From NCBI GenBank assembly GCA_965644295.1, contig CBFFRP010000385.1, forward strand, positions 1-45,615: DNA of 45,615 bases, given 5' to 3'. A program made the translations under genes and the position numbers. The notes beneath the pieces were generated by a model that saw only the letters and a list, made by a program, of their open reading frames with translations, was not told the origin of the DNA and searched no databases. Origin of the DNA: Paraphysomonas bandaiensis. Lineage: Eukaryota > Protista > Chrysophyceae. Positions 23,583 to 35,500 of the stretch are shown piece by piece (position 1 is the stretch's first letter; each line of letters begins with the position of its first letter).

Positions 23583-26500
23583 TTAACCTTTCTTGAACCG
23601 CTTCTTCTGATTCTTCTCAACTTCATTTGAAATGCTCCTCTTTTCCCCTGTGATAGTTTCTTCATGGAGTTTAAAGAGCTTTGTAGATAACGCTTTTGTA
23701 AATATGTCGGCCGCCATATCCTTAGTCGATACATGAATCAATCTGGCTGTAGGAAACCTTCCATTTACGTGTTCCCGAACCCAGTGGTACTTTATCTGAA
23801 TATGTTTTGATCTTTTGTGATAGACTGGATTTTCTGACAGATCTTTTGCACTCTTGCTGTCCATGAAGAATGGGGTTGGCTTCGTCAATGCGAGTCCTAG
23901 CTCTCGTAACACCCCCCGTAGCCACACCAGTTCTTGCATGGCCGCATATTCAGCCATATACTCGGACTCCATACTGGAAGTTGCAACTGTAGTCTGCAGT
24001 TTGGACTGCCATGCGATTGCTCCAGCACATAAGAATACAATATAACCGGTAGTTGAACGTCTCGTTAGTATATCACCTGCCCAGTCCGCATCACTAAATA
24101 CATGTAAATCAAACTTACTCCCACTGAATTTGATTCCTTTGCTGGTGGTGCCTCTCAAATATTTCAATAAATGAATAGCTAAACGACACGATGCGTATGT
24201 AGGATTACTGCTGTATCTCGATAGTAATCCGATTGCATAGGCGAGATCTGGTCTTGTGTGGAGTGCGAGATACAGGATTGCTCCAATAATACTACGATAC
24301 GGAAATTTTGAGACCCAGTCCTCCTGTTCTGATGTAAGTTCCCGTTCTGCAGCTAGTAGTTCTTGTGCATTTGATGGCAACGGAGCTTCCTTATTCTTTC
24401 TACTGTTTCCCATGACATGGTTGAATTTCTGAATCACTTTCTCCGCATACTGTGATTGATCTAGTTTGAACCAGTCTTCGCCTCTCGTGATTCGAATATT
24501 TAGGAAACTTTGGCACTCTCCCATGTCCCTCATTTCAAACGTTTGGCAGAACTTGTTCTTGACAAAAACAAGGAATTCAAAATCCACAGATGCGATTATG
24601 ATGTCATCTACATACAGGAGTAATAACGTAAGTTTGCCTTGGTGCCAACGATAATATAAGCAGGTATCTAACACGCATGATCTAAACTGCATTGACTTTA
24701 TGAATTTATCGATGTGGCGATTCCACTGACGCGGTGAGGCTCGTAAACCATATAGTGCTTTGATGAGTTTAAAACACCATCCATTGCTGAGCTCCTCATC
24801 TGGAGGTGGGTACATGTAGACATCTTCATCTAAATTTGCATAACAAAATGCAGAACTGACATCAAGCTGGTGTACATGCATATGGAACATAAAAGCAATT
24901 GCAATCACGAGCCTGATAGTTATCCCTTTGACAACCGGTGCAAATGTAGATGGCTCCTCCTCAGTTTTCTCCTGAAGATTTCCTAGTGCGACTAGTCGAG
25001 CTTTATACTTCTGTATGTTGCCTAGTATGTCACGCTTGAGTTTGTGAACATACTTACATCTGATTAATTTGACCCCAGATGGTCGACGTACTATCTTCAA
25101 AACGCCTCTTCGTAAAAGAGCTTTCTTCTCTATTCGTCTGGCTGTTCTCCATTCTTCCGCTTGAGGGGACCTCTCCGCCTCTAGAAAACTGTTCGGTTCA
25201 TGGACGTGTTTATTCTCAGTACTCTCCTCTGAATCCATGACATTTACATCGGCATCCATTACCTCTATCATGTTAATTTCTCCTAACACTGAAGCATTAG
25301 CTAGCCTCCTCCGTAAACGCTTACGTTTCTCTGCATCCCTTTTAGATACTCTCTGTAGGGTATTAGTACTGTTAGAATTTATAGTATCAGTATATTCAGG
25401 TACTCCCTGTTTTACTGCTCGATCAGGTTCTCCCTGAGCTGCATCTGCATCAAGTACTCCTTGAGTCATATCTTCATCAGGTGCTCCCTGACTAATACCA
25501 TGGTTAACTAGCTGCTCCTGATGGCTCTCAGGTGCTGGGATAGTGGACGTACTCCGTCCATCAGTGGTACTAGAAGCGTCCCTCGTTCCCGTATATCCCG
25601 TGTATCCAGGCGTATTCCTTGTCATTACCTGAACATCTTCTATATGTATGGGTACCTTCTGCTCAATGTGGGTTCTCCCCGCAGTTACAAGTGACCGATA
25701 ACCAACAATGACACCCTTTCTTTCTACCACTCTGGTGGTCTTGTACAACAGCCCGTCTTCATCGTCTATGTGAAAAGTCTTCACGAGATGCTGATAATCA
25801 TTCACCGTCTTTGGTCTAGGTGCTGTTCGTACTCGAAGAGCGTCGATTTCTGCGTAATATTCTTCGGTGCGGGAAGGTATACTCTCATCTGTGAGTATGT
25901 GTACACACGTAATTACCTTATCGGTTGCTGGGAGATACACCTGGTATCCAACTTTATCTTCCGAATATCCCACTAGGTATCCAATCTTTGATTTATCGTC
26001 CCAGTCCTTTCGCCTGTCCGCCTTAGGTGTCAATATATAAGTTTTGCACCCCCATACTCTAAAATATTTCAAACTGGGTGGCTGACCCGTGACATACTCA
26101 TATGGGGACATGTATCCTCTGTCCGTCCTTGTAGGGAGTCTGATCAGTGTATAGCGAGCAGCATGATACGCGTCTAACCAGAATGGAACCGGTAGGCCTG
26201 ACTGCAACAACATCGCCAACGCCATCTCTGATGCAGTCCTGAATTTTCGCTCCTCTACTGCATTCATTTCCGGACTATCTGTTGAAGACCAAGTATGTTT
26301 GTAGCAGCCTTGTGATCTCAAATAGCTCCTAAGTTCTTGATTTATGAGTTCTCCAGCTCCATCAGCGTGGTAGTGGTCCACTCTCAGCTTATATTGCCTA
26401 ATCTCTCCTTCGAACACCTCTCTAAAAAACTGAATCACTTCTTCTTTAGTACGCTGGTTTACGCCTTTTACCCAGAACATCCTACTCGGGTGATGAGTTA

Positions 26501-28301
26501 GTTTGATCACGTAGCGCTCATCACCTCGAGCGGGAGTATTCAGAAATACTTGCACATCAGCCGATATGTCCGGCTTGACATCCGTATCCTCCTTTGTGTG
26601 AAACGAAACTCTCGTAATCTTTGATCTGGCACATATGCTACAGAGACAAGATTTTTTTAATGCAGTCTTCGATAGGTGCTTCCTCTGCAGATTTGAGCCC
26701 GTGAACAACATCCTTCTATGTGCCTCCGTTAGAGCCCCTTTGTTGAAATGGCCCATTCTCCTATGCAGCAGTTCCAGCTCGTCCTCACCAGTCCTATCGC
26801 TAAGATTTACTTCACAATTACTCGGTGTAGACACATCTGGAAGCTCCAACAGCTGCTGAGTTGGAACTGCAGTCATTCCATTTTTCATGGGTCCCTCCAG
26901 TACCAGCTCACCGGTATTACAGTCATAAATTTGGATCCCATACCACACCGTGAATCGATAGCCCATTTCGTTCAGCTTACGTCCGGAGCACAGGCATCGA
27001 TTGATCTGATCTGAAATTTCTATGTCTCTCCATGCTCCACGGGAACCCACACTTGTGATATGAATCTCTGATCCCTTCTTAGATCCGTTTATCACCTTTG
27101 ATGTATTCATATGAGTGTCAAGCATGGTCACATCATTCATCAAGAACATTGATGATGAACAGCATGTATCTATGTATGTATAGTGTTCAGCAGTACCAAT
27201 CATACAACATGTGTCACTTTTATCATATATATCAACAGCACAGTCATAAAGCATATTCGCTTCGGACTCCGAGTCAGACTCGGTTCCTCCTCTGCGGATA
27301 TTCTCGAATGTGAAAACCTTCCCAGATTTCTGGGGTTTCTTGGTCTTTCCAGTCGAATTTCGGGGACATTCGTTCGCGCGATGGTTTTTGGATTTGCATA
27401 CTCTGCATCCTGTATATTCCTTACTGCCCGGTCTTTGTCCCTTCGTTTCCCCCTTTTTCTTCCTACATTGTTCTGTATTATGATTGTGTATTATACCTTT
27501 CTTCGAGCAATAAGTGCACTTCCTCTTTGTAGATACTCTCTCTTTCTTTCGAGGCTTTTCAATATGATTCAGCTCCTCCGTGCTCTTGCGCTTCTTCTCT
27601 ATGATTTTCCTCCCATACTTGGTGTCGTCGAACTGTTCGATACGTTTGGATAGCAATTCATATGGTACATCATCGGGCATTAAATACAGGGCATAATTCA
27701 AACCGTCATATTCATCACTGATAATTCCCTCCTTCAGCCTACTAATTTTTGATTCTTCCGTTACCGTTTGGTTATGCGCCTGAAGTTCACGAAGAAGCAG
27801 CTCAAAACGCAGTACATACTCTTTCGCGGTCTCCCCTGGCTTCATCTCGAATGATCCAAACTGAGCAAGCAGAGCACTAATCTTGTTTTGTGTTCCCCCT
27901 TCAAAACACGATTTAAGAGTGCTAACCATCTCTCTGGCGCTGAACTTATTAACTCTTCCTTCAGCTGCCTTGAACTCCTTGTGCTTCAGATGAAACTTCT
28001 GCAGCGCCTTCGGAGATCGCTTCACCGCCTCTCTGCAGTATGAGTAGGCAATTGCATTCGCCTTCCAATACTTGTCCACCGCTTCTTTGTAGGACTTGGT
28101 CTCAAGACTATTCAGGGGTTGAATTCCGAAATCCTCTTCCTCTGGTGGCCTTTCTAGAGCCACCTCACTCTGCTCCTTTCTCATAAGGAACGTCTCAAAA
28201 TCTTCGATCCATTGTTCAACGTTGCTCTCGTCGAACCATGGAACATCAGCTCTATCCTCCTTCTCTCCTCCGCATTCGCTACCATATTGACTAAAGACCA
28301 T
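23583..28301 (-). CDS. Copia gag-pol polyprotein (1,572 aa from the first ATG)
   Basis: Zn knuckle CRVCKSKNHRANEC, protease YIDTCCS, integrase HRRMGH..CSIC / ADV / HADGAGE / EMNAVEER, RT YKARLVALG / QLDVSSAF / LYGLR / YVDD, RNase H SDADWA / ESEY / ADIFTK. The ORF-track start at 28346 is a TTG. Confidence 0.97.
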   Translation of the reverse strand: MVFSQYGSECGGEKEDRADVPWFDESNVEQWIEDFETFLMRKEQSEVALERPPEEEDFGIQPLNSLETKSYKEAVDKYWKANAIAYSYCREAVKRSPKALQKFHLKHKEFKAAEGRVNKFSAREMVSTLKSCFEGGTQNKISALLAQFGSFEMKPGETAKEYVLRFELLLRELQAHNQTVTEESKISRLKEGIISDEYDGLNYALYLMPDDVPYELLSKRIEQFDDTKYGRKIIEKKRKSTEELNHIEKPRKKERVSTKRKCTYCSKKGIIHNHNTEQCRKKKGETKGQRPGSKEYTGCRVCKSKNHRANECPRNSTGKTKKPQKSGKVFTFENIRRGGTESDSESEANMLYDCAVDIYDKSDTCCMIGTAEHYTYIDTCCSSSMFLMNDVTMLDTHMNTSKVINGSKKGSEIHITSVGSRGAWRDIEISDQINRCLCSGRKLNEMGYRFTVWYGIQIYDCNTGELVLEGPMKNGMTAVPTQQLLELPDVSTPSNCEVNLSDRTGEDELELLHRRMGHFNKGALTEAHRRMLFTGSNLQRKHLSKTALKKSCLCSICARSKITRVSFHTKEDTDVKPDISADVQVFLNTPARGDERYVIKLTHHPSRMFWVKGVNQRTKEEVIQFFREVFEGEIRQYKLRVDHYHADGAGELINQELRSYLRSQGCYKHTWSSTDSPEMNAVEERKFRTASEMALAMLLQSGLPVPFWLDAYHAARYTLIRLPTRTDRGYMSPYEYVTGQPPSLKYFRVWGCKTYILTPKADRRKDWDDKSKIGYLVGYSEDKVGYQVYLPATDKVITCVHILTDESIPSRTEEYYAEIDALRVRTAPRPKTVNDYQHLVKTFHIDDEDGLLYKTTRVVERKGVIVGYRSLVTAGRTHIEQKVPIHIEDVQVMTRNTPGYTGYTGTRDASSTTDGRSTSTIPAPESHQEQLVNHGISQGAPDEDMTQGVLDADAAQGEPDRAVKQGVPEYTDTINSNSTNTLQRVSKRDAEKRKRLRRRLANASVLGEINMIEVMDADVNVMDSEESTENKHVHEPNSFLEAERSPQAEEWRTARRIEKKALLRRGVLKIVRRPSGVKLIRCKYVHKLKRDILGNIQKYKARLVALGNLQEKTEEEPSTFAPVVKGITIRLVIAIAFMFHMHVHQLDVSSAFCYANLDEDVYMYPPPDEELSNGWCFKLIKALYGLRASPRQWNRHIDKFIKSMQFRSCVLDTCLYYRWHQGKLTLLLLYVDDIIIASVDFEFLVFVKNKFCQTFEMRDMGECQSFLNIRITRGEDWFKLDQSQYAEKVIQKFNHVMGNSRKNKEAPLPSNAQELLAAERELTSEQEDWVSKFPYRSIIGAILYLALHTRPDLAYAIGLLSRYSSNPTYASCRLAIHLLKYLRGTTSKGIKFSGSKFDLHVFSDADWAGDILTRRSTTGYIVFLCAGAIAWQSKLQTTVATSSMESEYMAEYAAMQELVWLRGVLRELGLALTKPTPFFMDSKSAKDLSENPVYHKRSKHIQIKYHWVREHVNGRFPTARLIHVSTKDMAADIFTKALSTKLFKLHEETITGEKRSISNEVEKNQKKRFKKG
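25396..25490. repeat. 27-bp (9-aa) tandem repeat in the IN-RT linker
   Basis: TCA(G/A)GTNCTCC(C/T)TG at 25396, 25423, 25450 and 25477, encoding QGAPD/QGVLD/QGEPD/QGVPE. Confidence 0.85.
28271..28284 (-). other. Primer-binding site, probably for initiator tRNA-Met
   Basis: TGGTAGCGAATGCG abuts the 5' LTR. Its complement ...TTCGCT-A-CCA implies U72 and A73, as in eukaryotic tRNA-iMet. Confidence 0.75.
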
Positions 28302-28605
28302 TTTCAGATGATTAAGATCGTTGTAAGAGAAGTTTAAGTTAGTCAAACTAGATAGATTACTTTATTATGATTGTATACACAATTGTGTGTGTTGTCATGT
28401 AGCACATGTCAACAACATGATAAATTATTTCGTTCATGTTAACCACTGCTCAACTTCCGTATCTTGAATCGTCATGATATAATACTTCAGTTTCACAGTT
28501 ATAGCTATATAGCACCTTTTGACTATTGACTACGTATTACTGTTTTTCACATTGTATTTAACGTATTCTACAGTACTATCTTAGAGAACCATACGTATTC
28601 CAACA
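28285..28605 (-). repeat. 5' LTR
   Basis: 321 bp, followed by the PBS on the element strand. Contains the gag ATG (28301-28299). Confidence 0.97.
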
Positions 28606-29545
28606 TTGTGATTTTAGTTGTGAATAATGCACGCCTCATTACTCGAAAGGTATCCATAAATACTAAACAAGAGTCATCAGGGCCAGGTAAAAATATATTG
28701 GATTGCAATTCTTTATAGGTCTTGCTACAATATATTTATTATTATTTTAGCAAAACTTGGCTTCGCAATATATTGTAATATATGCTTGTGTGTCTTTGAA
28801 ACCTATTTCCAGTGTAACCATAAAGTACTCTTCACAATCACATAACCCAGTGTAAACAGTCAATAAGCAAAATACCAGTAAAATGATTGCCATATCCGCC
28901 TATTTTATTCATAACATAACATTTTACACGCAGTATTCAGAAGATAACGACAAATGGTTTTCCAGCCACTGTTTGGAAAGTGCGAAACCTCGAATTCGGC
29001 CTGAAGGAACAGGTTACAGCAACCTCCTTTTTTAAGAAAAGTCTCAGAGCTGCTAGAAAGCTATTTCTTGCGGTTATAGTGGCTGGTGCTGCAAATACGA
29101 TGGTAGATTTTTATGAAGGCGACAAATATCCAAATATCTATAAGTGGTTGTAATGGATCATCATGGACGATCTTCCTTTCATCTTCGTTGACAAACCTCT
29201 GACCAGGTGAGAGCCATGATTACCATGACACACTTGCGACAAGGAATAACCCCGCGACGCCTCGAACTGCTGCTGTTCCTTCGCTTCAACAAACACTTGT
29301 GGACCGCAACGACAATGCAACAGGTAATCGATGATCGATAATGGACCGTCCGATCAAGACGAGTAAGAGGACGACTTAGAGTACTAGTTGCTGCATTGTT
29401 GTTGGGTTTTCACCCCTGTAAGTTTTAAAATGTTAATATGTGGATTACACGCAGTGAGTAACGACCAAATATATATTAGATATTAATAAGAAATCAGTAT
29501 CGTATCAATATCGCGAAAGAGGAATATTTACAGGTTCAGGTTATG

Positions 29546-32500
29546 CTATACTTCGTTTCTCCTACACTTATTAATTAAAACTAATCTTCTCATTGTCCAT
29601 ATTATCATTTCAGCTGCTTTTCTATCAAGTGGGCTGAAATTACCCAACACTCTTGTCACAGCACCGTGTCCGCATGCAATACTAACGTGGATAGGTCTAT
29701 TGCACTTTTCCTTCCGGACATCATCGTAAGATAGTACATTTGCTCCATAATTGATCAGTACTTCACACAGTGACGCGAAATTTCTCCTTGCACATACATG
29801 TAGTAAAGTTTCACCGGGCTTAACTCCGAAGCGAGGTAACGTTGTAAGAGGGGTGTTTAAAATACGATCAAACGAGACATGTGAATGTGGTAGATACGCA
29901 TCATGTATATGACGTAATATGCACATCGCCATAGATTCACCCCCTCTGCCGCTTCCTAAGCTTAAAAGTAAATGTGACATACTTAAAAGCGGCATATTTT
30001 TCGAATAGTCAAGAAGTTTGTACGCATCGACCAACACCTCAACAATCTCAGATGAACCTACTGTGATAGCCACCTCCACTGGATTCAAATCATCTTTTAA
30101 CACAGAAAAATACGCCTTTGTGTTTACACAGTTCTTGAACTGGCAAGGGTACAACAAGAGCTTTTTCACAACGCCGCATAATCCATAATAACTTGCATAA
30201 TTCAGAATTGAGATGAAAAAAGAACTTGGGATGTCTGACCCATTGCTACGCCAATCAATTACCTTAAAAAATCTATCCCAAAGCACCAGAAAATATTCAG
30301 GACTTGGCGCTGCCAAAGATAACGTGAGTGAAGTCCACGACTGATCGGCATATGTGACTGCATCGCTCATACGATTGACGTCAAGATTCGAGACTGTGTT
30401 CCACAATCTTTCAAAGAAACTATGCAAGGGACATGTATACGTCAAATCAGGGCGTCGAAAGTCTAATAGAGATGCCAAAATAGACCGTGCAAGCCATTCA
30501 GGTTTCCAATGGCAGCTAGATAAGATATGATCCATGCAAAAGTTAGGTTGGAATTCGTCGTCAACAGCATTAAAAGTTGATCCTGAATTGAAGAATTTTG
30601 TCACAGTGATAATATCATGCATCAAAGGTGATATTATCATTGAAATATCAGACACAAGGCCTTTAACAAAATCTGAGAAGCTGATTTCGGAATCTGATTT
30701 CGAAATACAGTCATCATAGCTAGCCAGCAAGCTGGGAAAATATGAAGCATATGTTTGACATCCTAACATGGTAAAATGAAGAGCCCCAAAAAACGACAGT
30801 GGACGATGAAAGGCACTTTGATCACAGCAATCAACAATTTCACCTACTACGCGGACGTATTGCTTCAGGCATAGTATATCCATTGTACTCAAGCATGCGT
30901 TCTCCGGCGAAGAAATTGAATAGCCATTCGAGACAAGAACAAGAAGAACTTTTTCATACTGTTCATGCAATGCATTGCGATTACGACACTTACTAAAATA
31001 GTTTGTTGAAAATTTATGTGAACTGGATACCGGAGGACTTAACATAGCAACATACCACACTAAGTACTCTTTGCAGAAGCAACTCGACCTCGGTTTATCC
31101 TCTAGTTTCAATGCGCATTCCAGTAAGTATAGTCGCCCAAATATTGCTGATAACACGATAAAATACTGCAACCTTGAACAACTACCGAGGAAAGAACTAA
31201 AAGATAAGCTGATAGTTTCAGTGCTCGACAGCGAAATACCACTTGCAACCAAACTATCAAAACAAGTAACAAGATCCTGCTCCACAGGAGTGTGTTCGCT
31301 AACCACGACAGTTAGCGGACTACATATTGGAATATGACAAAGAACAATATACGGGTCCAAGTAGGTGCCACACGAGTACCTGCTTGCCCAGTCAGATACA
31401 TAGACATACGCCATTGAATACAAGCCCATTACAATCTCCACAACGTCAATTAATATCTTACATGTTGAGTACCCATCGCGCAAGCGGCTGATAAGTGAAT
31501 CAGCAATGTCAACAGTGCACCTTTTTCCAGAGATTTTACCCGACGCATGACGCTCAAAGTAGGTAACAAACTTCATTAAATCATTTATTTCATATCTTGA
31601 AGGACAATGCCTCAAGTCCACGAACTTACTGGCGCTGGAGTCACCCATATCTGAGAAAACCAGCTCAATCTGGGGATTATCCCTGAAAACATACTCATGC
31701 TGACGAACGTATCGGTGCAAAATTGAAATCTTGTCATCATAAAAGGATTGATCGAATTCAACCAGTGCGAAGTCCAATACCCTGAGATCACTTAAGAAGC
31801 ACTCTATTGATTTACTCAGTTCTTCTAACTCCAGGCACGTTAGCGATTCATTACATTCAGATACGACAGTACCTACGTCACCACTAGTGCATTCTGATTC
31901 ACCACATGATGCCGAAAGCAAAAAGCGACTTAGAAGATGCTTCGTGCGAGCTATTAGCCCATAACTGCGATAGGCGGGGTTGTCCTTGGCATCTAAAATT
32001 ATCAGCATGGCACGCAATATAATTCCGCGGAGGTTAGAAAATGTTGGCGACACTTCGCTCTCTATCTCCAGCATTGTCTTCAATTGCTCAGCTGATGCAC
32101 CTTCAATCTTCACGTGCGCAGTGGGACCATCGCTTAAGTATTCTGCATGTATGTTAACATCTGCACTATCGCATGAGCCAAACTTCAATATAAAATTATT
32201 CACTTCGTCAACAACAGTTTTCGCGGCGTTTATGTCAGATGTAATTTTATCAAGAGGGTGAAACGCTCGTGCCACATCATTACGTTGCAATCTATCCGTT
32301 TCTGGAGTAAGGATAGGGAGTTGACATGATGGCAGAGAAAAATCGGACAAGAAACTTGACATTGGTTCCTGGGTCATGGACACGAGAACTCGCGCCATAG
32401 ACATTGTTCTGCCAAACTCAAGGATGACCATAGCACACTTAAGTGCATCATGGACCACCCGAGGATTGTCATTGTAAATTCTCAGTAATCTAGACATCGA

Positions 32501-35500
32501 AGTGACATACTGACTACCAGTTTTGGAATGCAATTTCGTCTCTACCAACAGAGAAAACGGGATAGAATAAGCCAATACTTTCCCTTTATCAAGATTACTC
32601 GAAGGCAGTAAACTTGAAAGCGACGCAAATGACGCCAAGCTTGTATTAATTCCTTTGCTTAAAAATAAGGATGCTTCAAAACATAAAACATCATCGCTAC
32701 AACTCGCATGGGAGTTGCAAGAATTTACTTCACCACCATCACGGGCTTCCACATCACTTTCGTACCGCAGCCTAGTTATGAGCCATTCCTGTAATATATA
32801 TTTGATGTCGGTAGCTGTTTTCCACGATATACATTCATTTATCATCTCTGGTGTGTAAGCCTTACAATCACTTAATGCTAAGTTGTGAATAACAGATGTG
32901 ATGTGGTTGCTCTTAGAAGAGGAATCTTGTTGTATTTTGGTATCACTAGATTCCTTTCTTAGATTGCTGAAAGGAATATTCAACAAAAGTAGGATTTTTT
33001 TCGCCCGCTGTAAGCAATCCACTATCAAGCCACAAGGATCACACACTAACCTTGTAAAGCTTCGAACATCACAATCATGTCGTAAGTAGTCCCACAGAGA
33101 TACAATACGATCCGTATATATTTTTAGAACACGCAAAAGAGATGCCCTGCAGGTACAATCCCCTCCACCTTGAATAATGGAAGCGAATCGCTGCTCATAT
33201 TCCTCCACCTTTCGAACAGCATGCCGCAAAAATGTCGTGCCAAGTTTACTGCAGTTGTGTTCGCTTGCCACGGGTTCAGTCCGTACTAGAGCATCAATAT
33301 ATATTTCTTCTTGTCGACCTCTTTCTGACAACGTACCAGTCAAAAGTACTCTTGCCAGGTCAACATTTTTACGGCTTAGGGAAATGAAAGCTGGAGATCT
33401 CCCAATAATATCCAATATGCATCCAGAATTACTTACCATACGTGCACTGGTGTTGCGCTCTGTGTATTTTATGATGCTGAGCAGTGTCTGAAGAATATCA
33501 TGAGGAATCGAACACGATGAAGTAGCTACGGAGTGCAACAATGTATACCCGGTCGGGTAGACCACAGCGTTCCATGAATGGGGCGCCGGTAATGCCCTAC
33601 TGATATTACTGATGTTCGAAAAAAATTGATCATATGACATTAGACTCCCATCCATCATCCAAATAAAACCTGCAACAGCTTAGTCAATAATATTCACAAG
33701 CTTCTTGACCAATACCTTCTTTCGATAGGCAGAGTCCACAAAGGTCACCTTCCTTCTGAGGATAAAATCCATGCTTCTGCATTGCAACTTGCTGATCAAC
33801 CTGTATTTGCTTGACAGCACCTCCTTTCTCTCCACGATTGTACAGTTTTACCAACTTAAAGTTTTCTTCCATATTTTCATACAATATATTGATTACAACG
33901 GAAGCACACAACGAGGTACGAACAGCATCAGAGAGTTGCTTTCTGTCAAGCGAATAAGCAGATAACTTCTTCCGACAATATAAAAAAGTGTCCAGAGCAA
34001 ACGCAGGAGAAAATTCAAATAATAAATTGCTAAACCAACAATTCGATTTATGATGGACTCCAGAAATTACAGCGTCGGAAAAGTTGCTGTCAAGGTTGAA
34101 ATTTTGCATGTGACCAGCTAACGTGACACATAACTCAGGATTATCGGTAAGGTATGCTAATGCTACAATGTCATGCCGACATACATTGGGAATTTGCGAG
34201 ATATGTGTTATAGCAAACTTATTCGCACGCCTCAAAATCGCAAGAGTGAGCGCATCAACCCATTTCACTTTTCCTGTTCGTACATCGTCAAGATTCCAAT
34301 TTAATCCTCTATATAGAGCATATCCGTTTCTGCGTAAATTTTTAGAACTCCGGTGCACACGGCATAAATATTCATACGACTTCAAACCTCCAGTAAAGAG
34401 CATTTTCGTATGTGTATTGCGGTATCCAGTACCTGTACTTGTATAAGTCACGATCAACTTTGATAGCACTGGCAGAAGTTGTTCAGCTGCATTCCAAAGA
34501 CCTCTGGCACATACTGCCAAGAGTGGGGGAACACCCATGACATCAACAACGTCCCATCGCTCTCGCCCATCTTCAATAAACATGCACACAACTGTGTCAC
34601 ACACTGCCTCATAATCAATGTGACTTGCCAAATGCATTGCTTGAGATACACGTCCAGTATAAATCAGACTTTTTATGCGCTTAATACTATGGCCCGTCAA
34701 AGAGTCATCGTCTTTTGCTACAGTTGAACCGAAGTTACCAAAATGAATATCTGACAAGATTCCGCTGAACATACTTTCCTTAATGAATGCGTGACTCGCA
34801 CAAACTGCCATATCAATAGCAACGGGAAATTGATCTTCTCCAAGCATGTGACTGATAGTTGTACTGCTGACAGAATTTTTTAAGTGGGTGGTAATATAAT
34901 CAATTGCTTCAAGCTCATCCGCCAAGCTGATATCACTAAATATATCAAATTTACAAAATGAAGATAAGGCATTCTGATTGATGACAAGAACAATCCATTT
35001 GTAAAGCATAACAACAGAAAACGAAACATTGGTCGCCAAATCGCTGTTAGATTTCTTTTGTAACAAATCTCCAAAATATTGATACACACCATCATCAGAA
35101 CAAGTGCCAAATTCACCATTACGTGAATTCAGTGATAACAAAGTTTTGATTTCAAGCAGTAAATCATTCGGTAACAGCCTTGATTTCATAGAAAGTAAAC
35201 TCCGACAAAACCTTGTGGTTTTCCTGCTATTTACTTCATTCGAGCTGCCAGGATATATCTCACTTCCAGTGCTGAAAGGCAATGAGCAGTCATTACCAAC
35301 AAGAATCGACAACTGATACCACCAGTCATTAGATTTATTAACACTGTTCTCACTACTAATCGTGTTACGAGATCTATCCCGGCCAGCACGTAATATTAAT
35401 ACCACTGCACGGCACATATTGGAAAGGTGTGCATTTTTTCGTAGATTTCCAACACCAACAAAACGACGATTAATTTCAGTAGCAGGGTGTTTGACATAAG

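Larger units (their letters stand above)
23096..28605 (-). mobile_element. Full-length intact Ty1/Copia LTR retrotransposon
   Basis: Two 321-bp LTRs, TSD TTGTG at 23091-23095 and 28606-28610, PBS, PPT, and a single gag-PR-IN-RT-RH ORF in Copia domain order. Confidence 0.98.

Noticed and set aside
28302-28346. ORF-track N-terminal extension of gag-pol
   Set aside because: Begins at TTG inside the LTR. The first ATG is at 28301.
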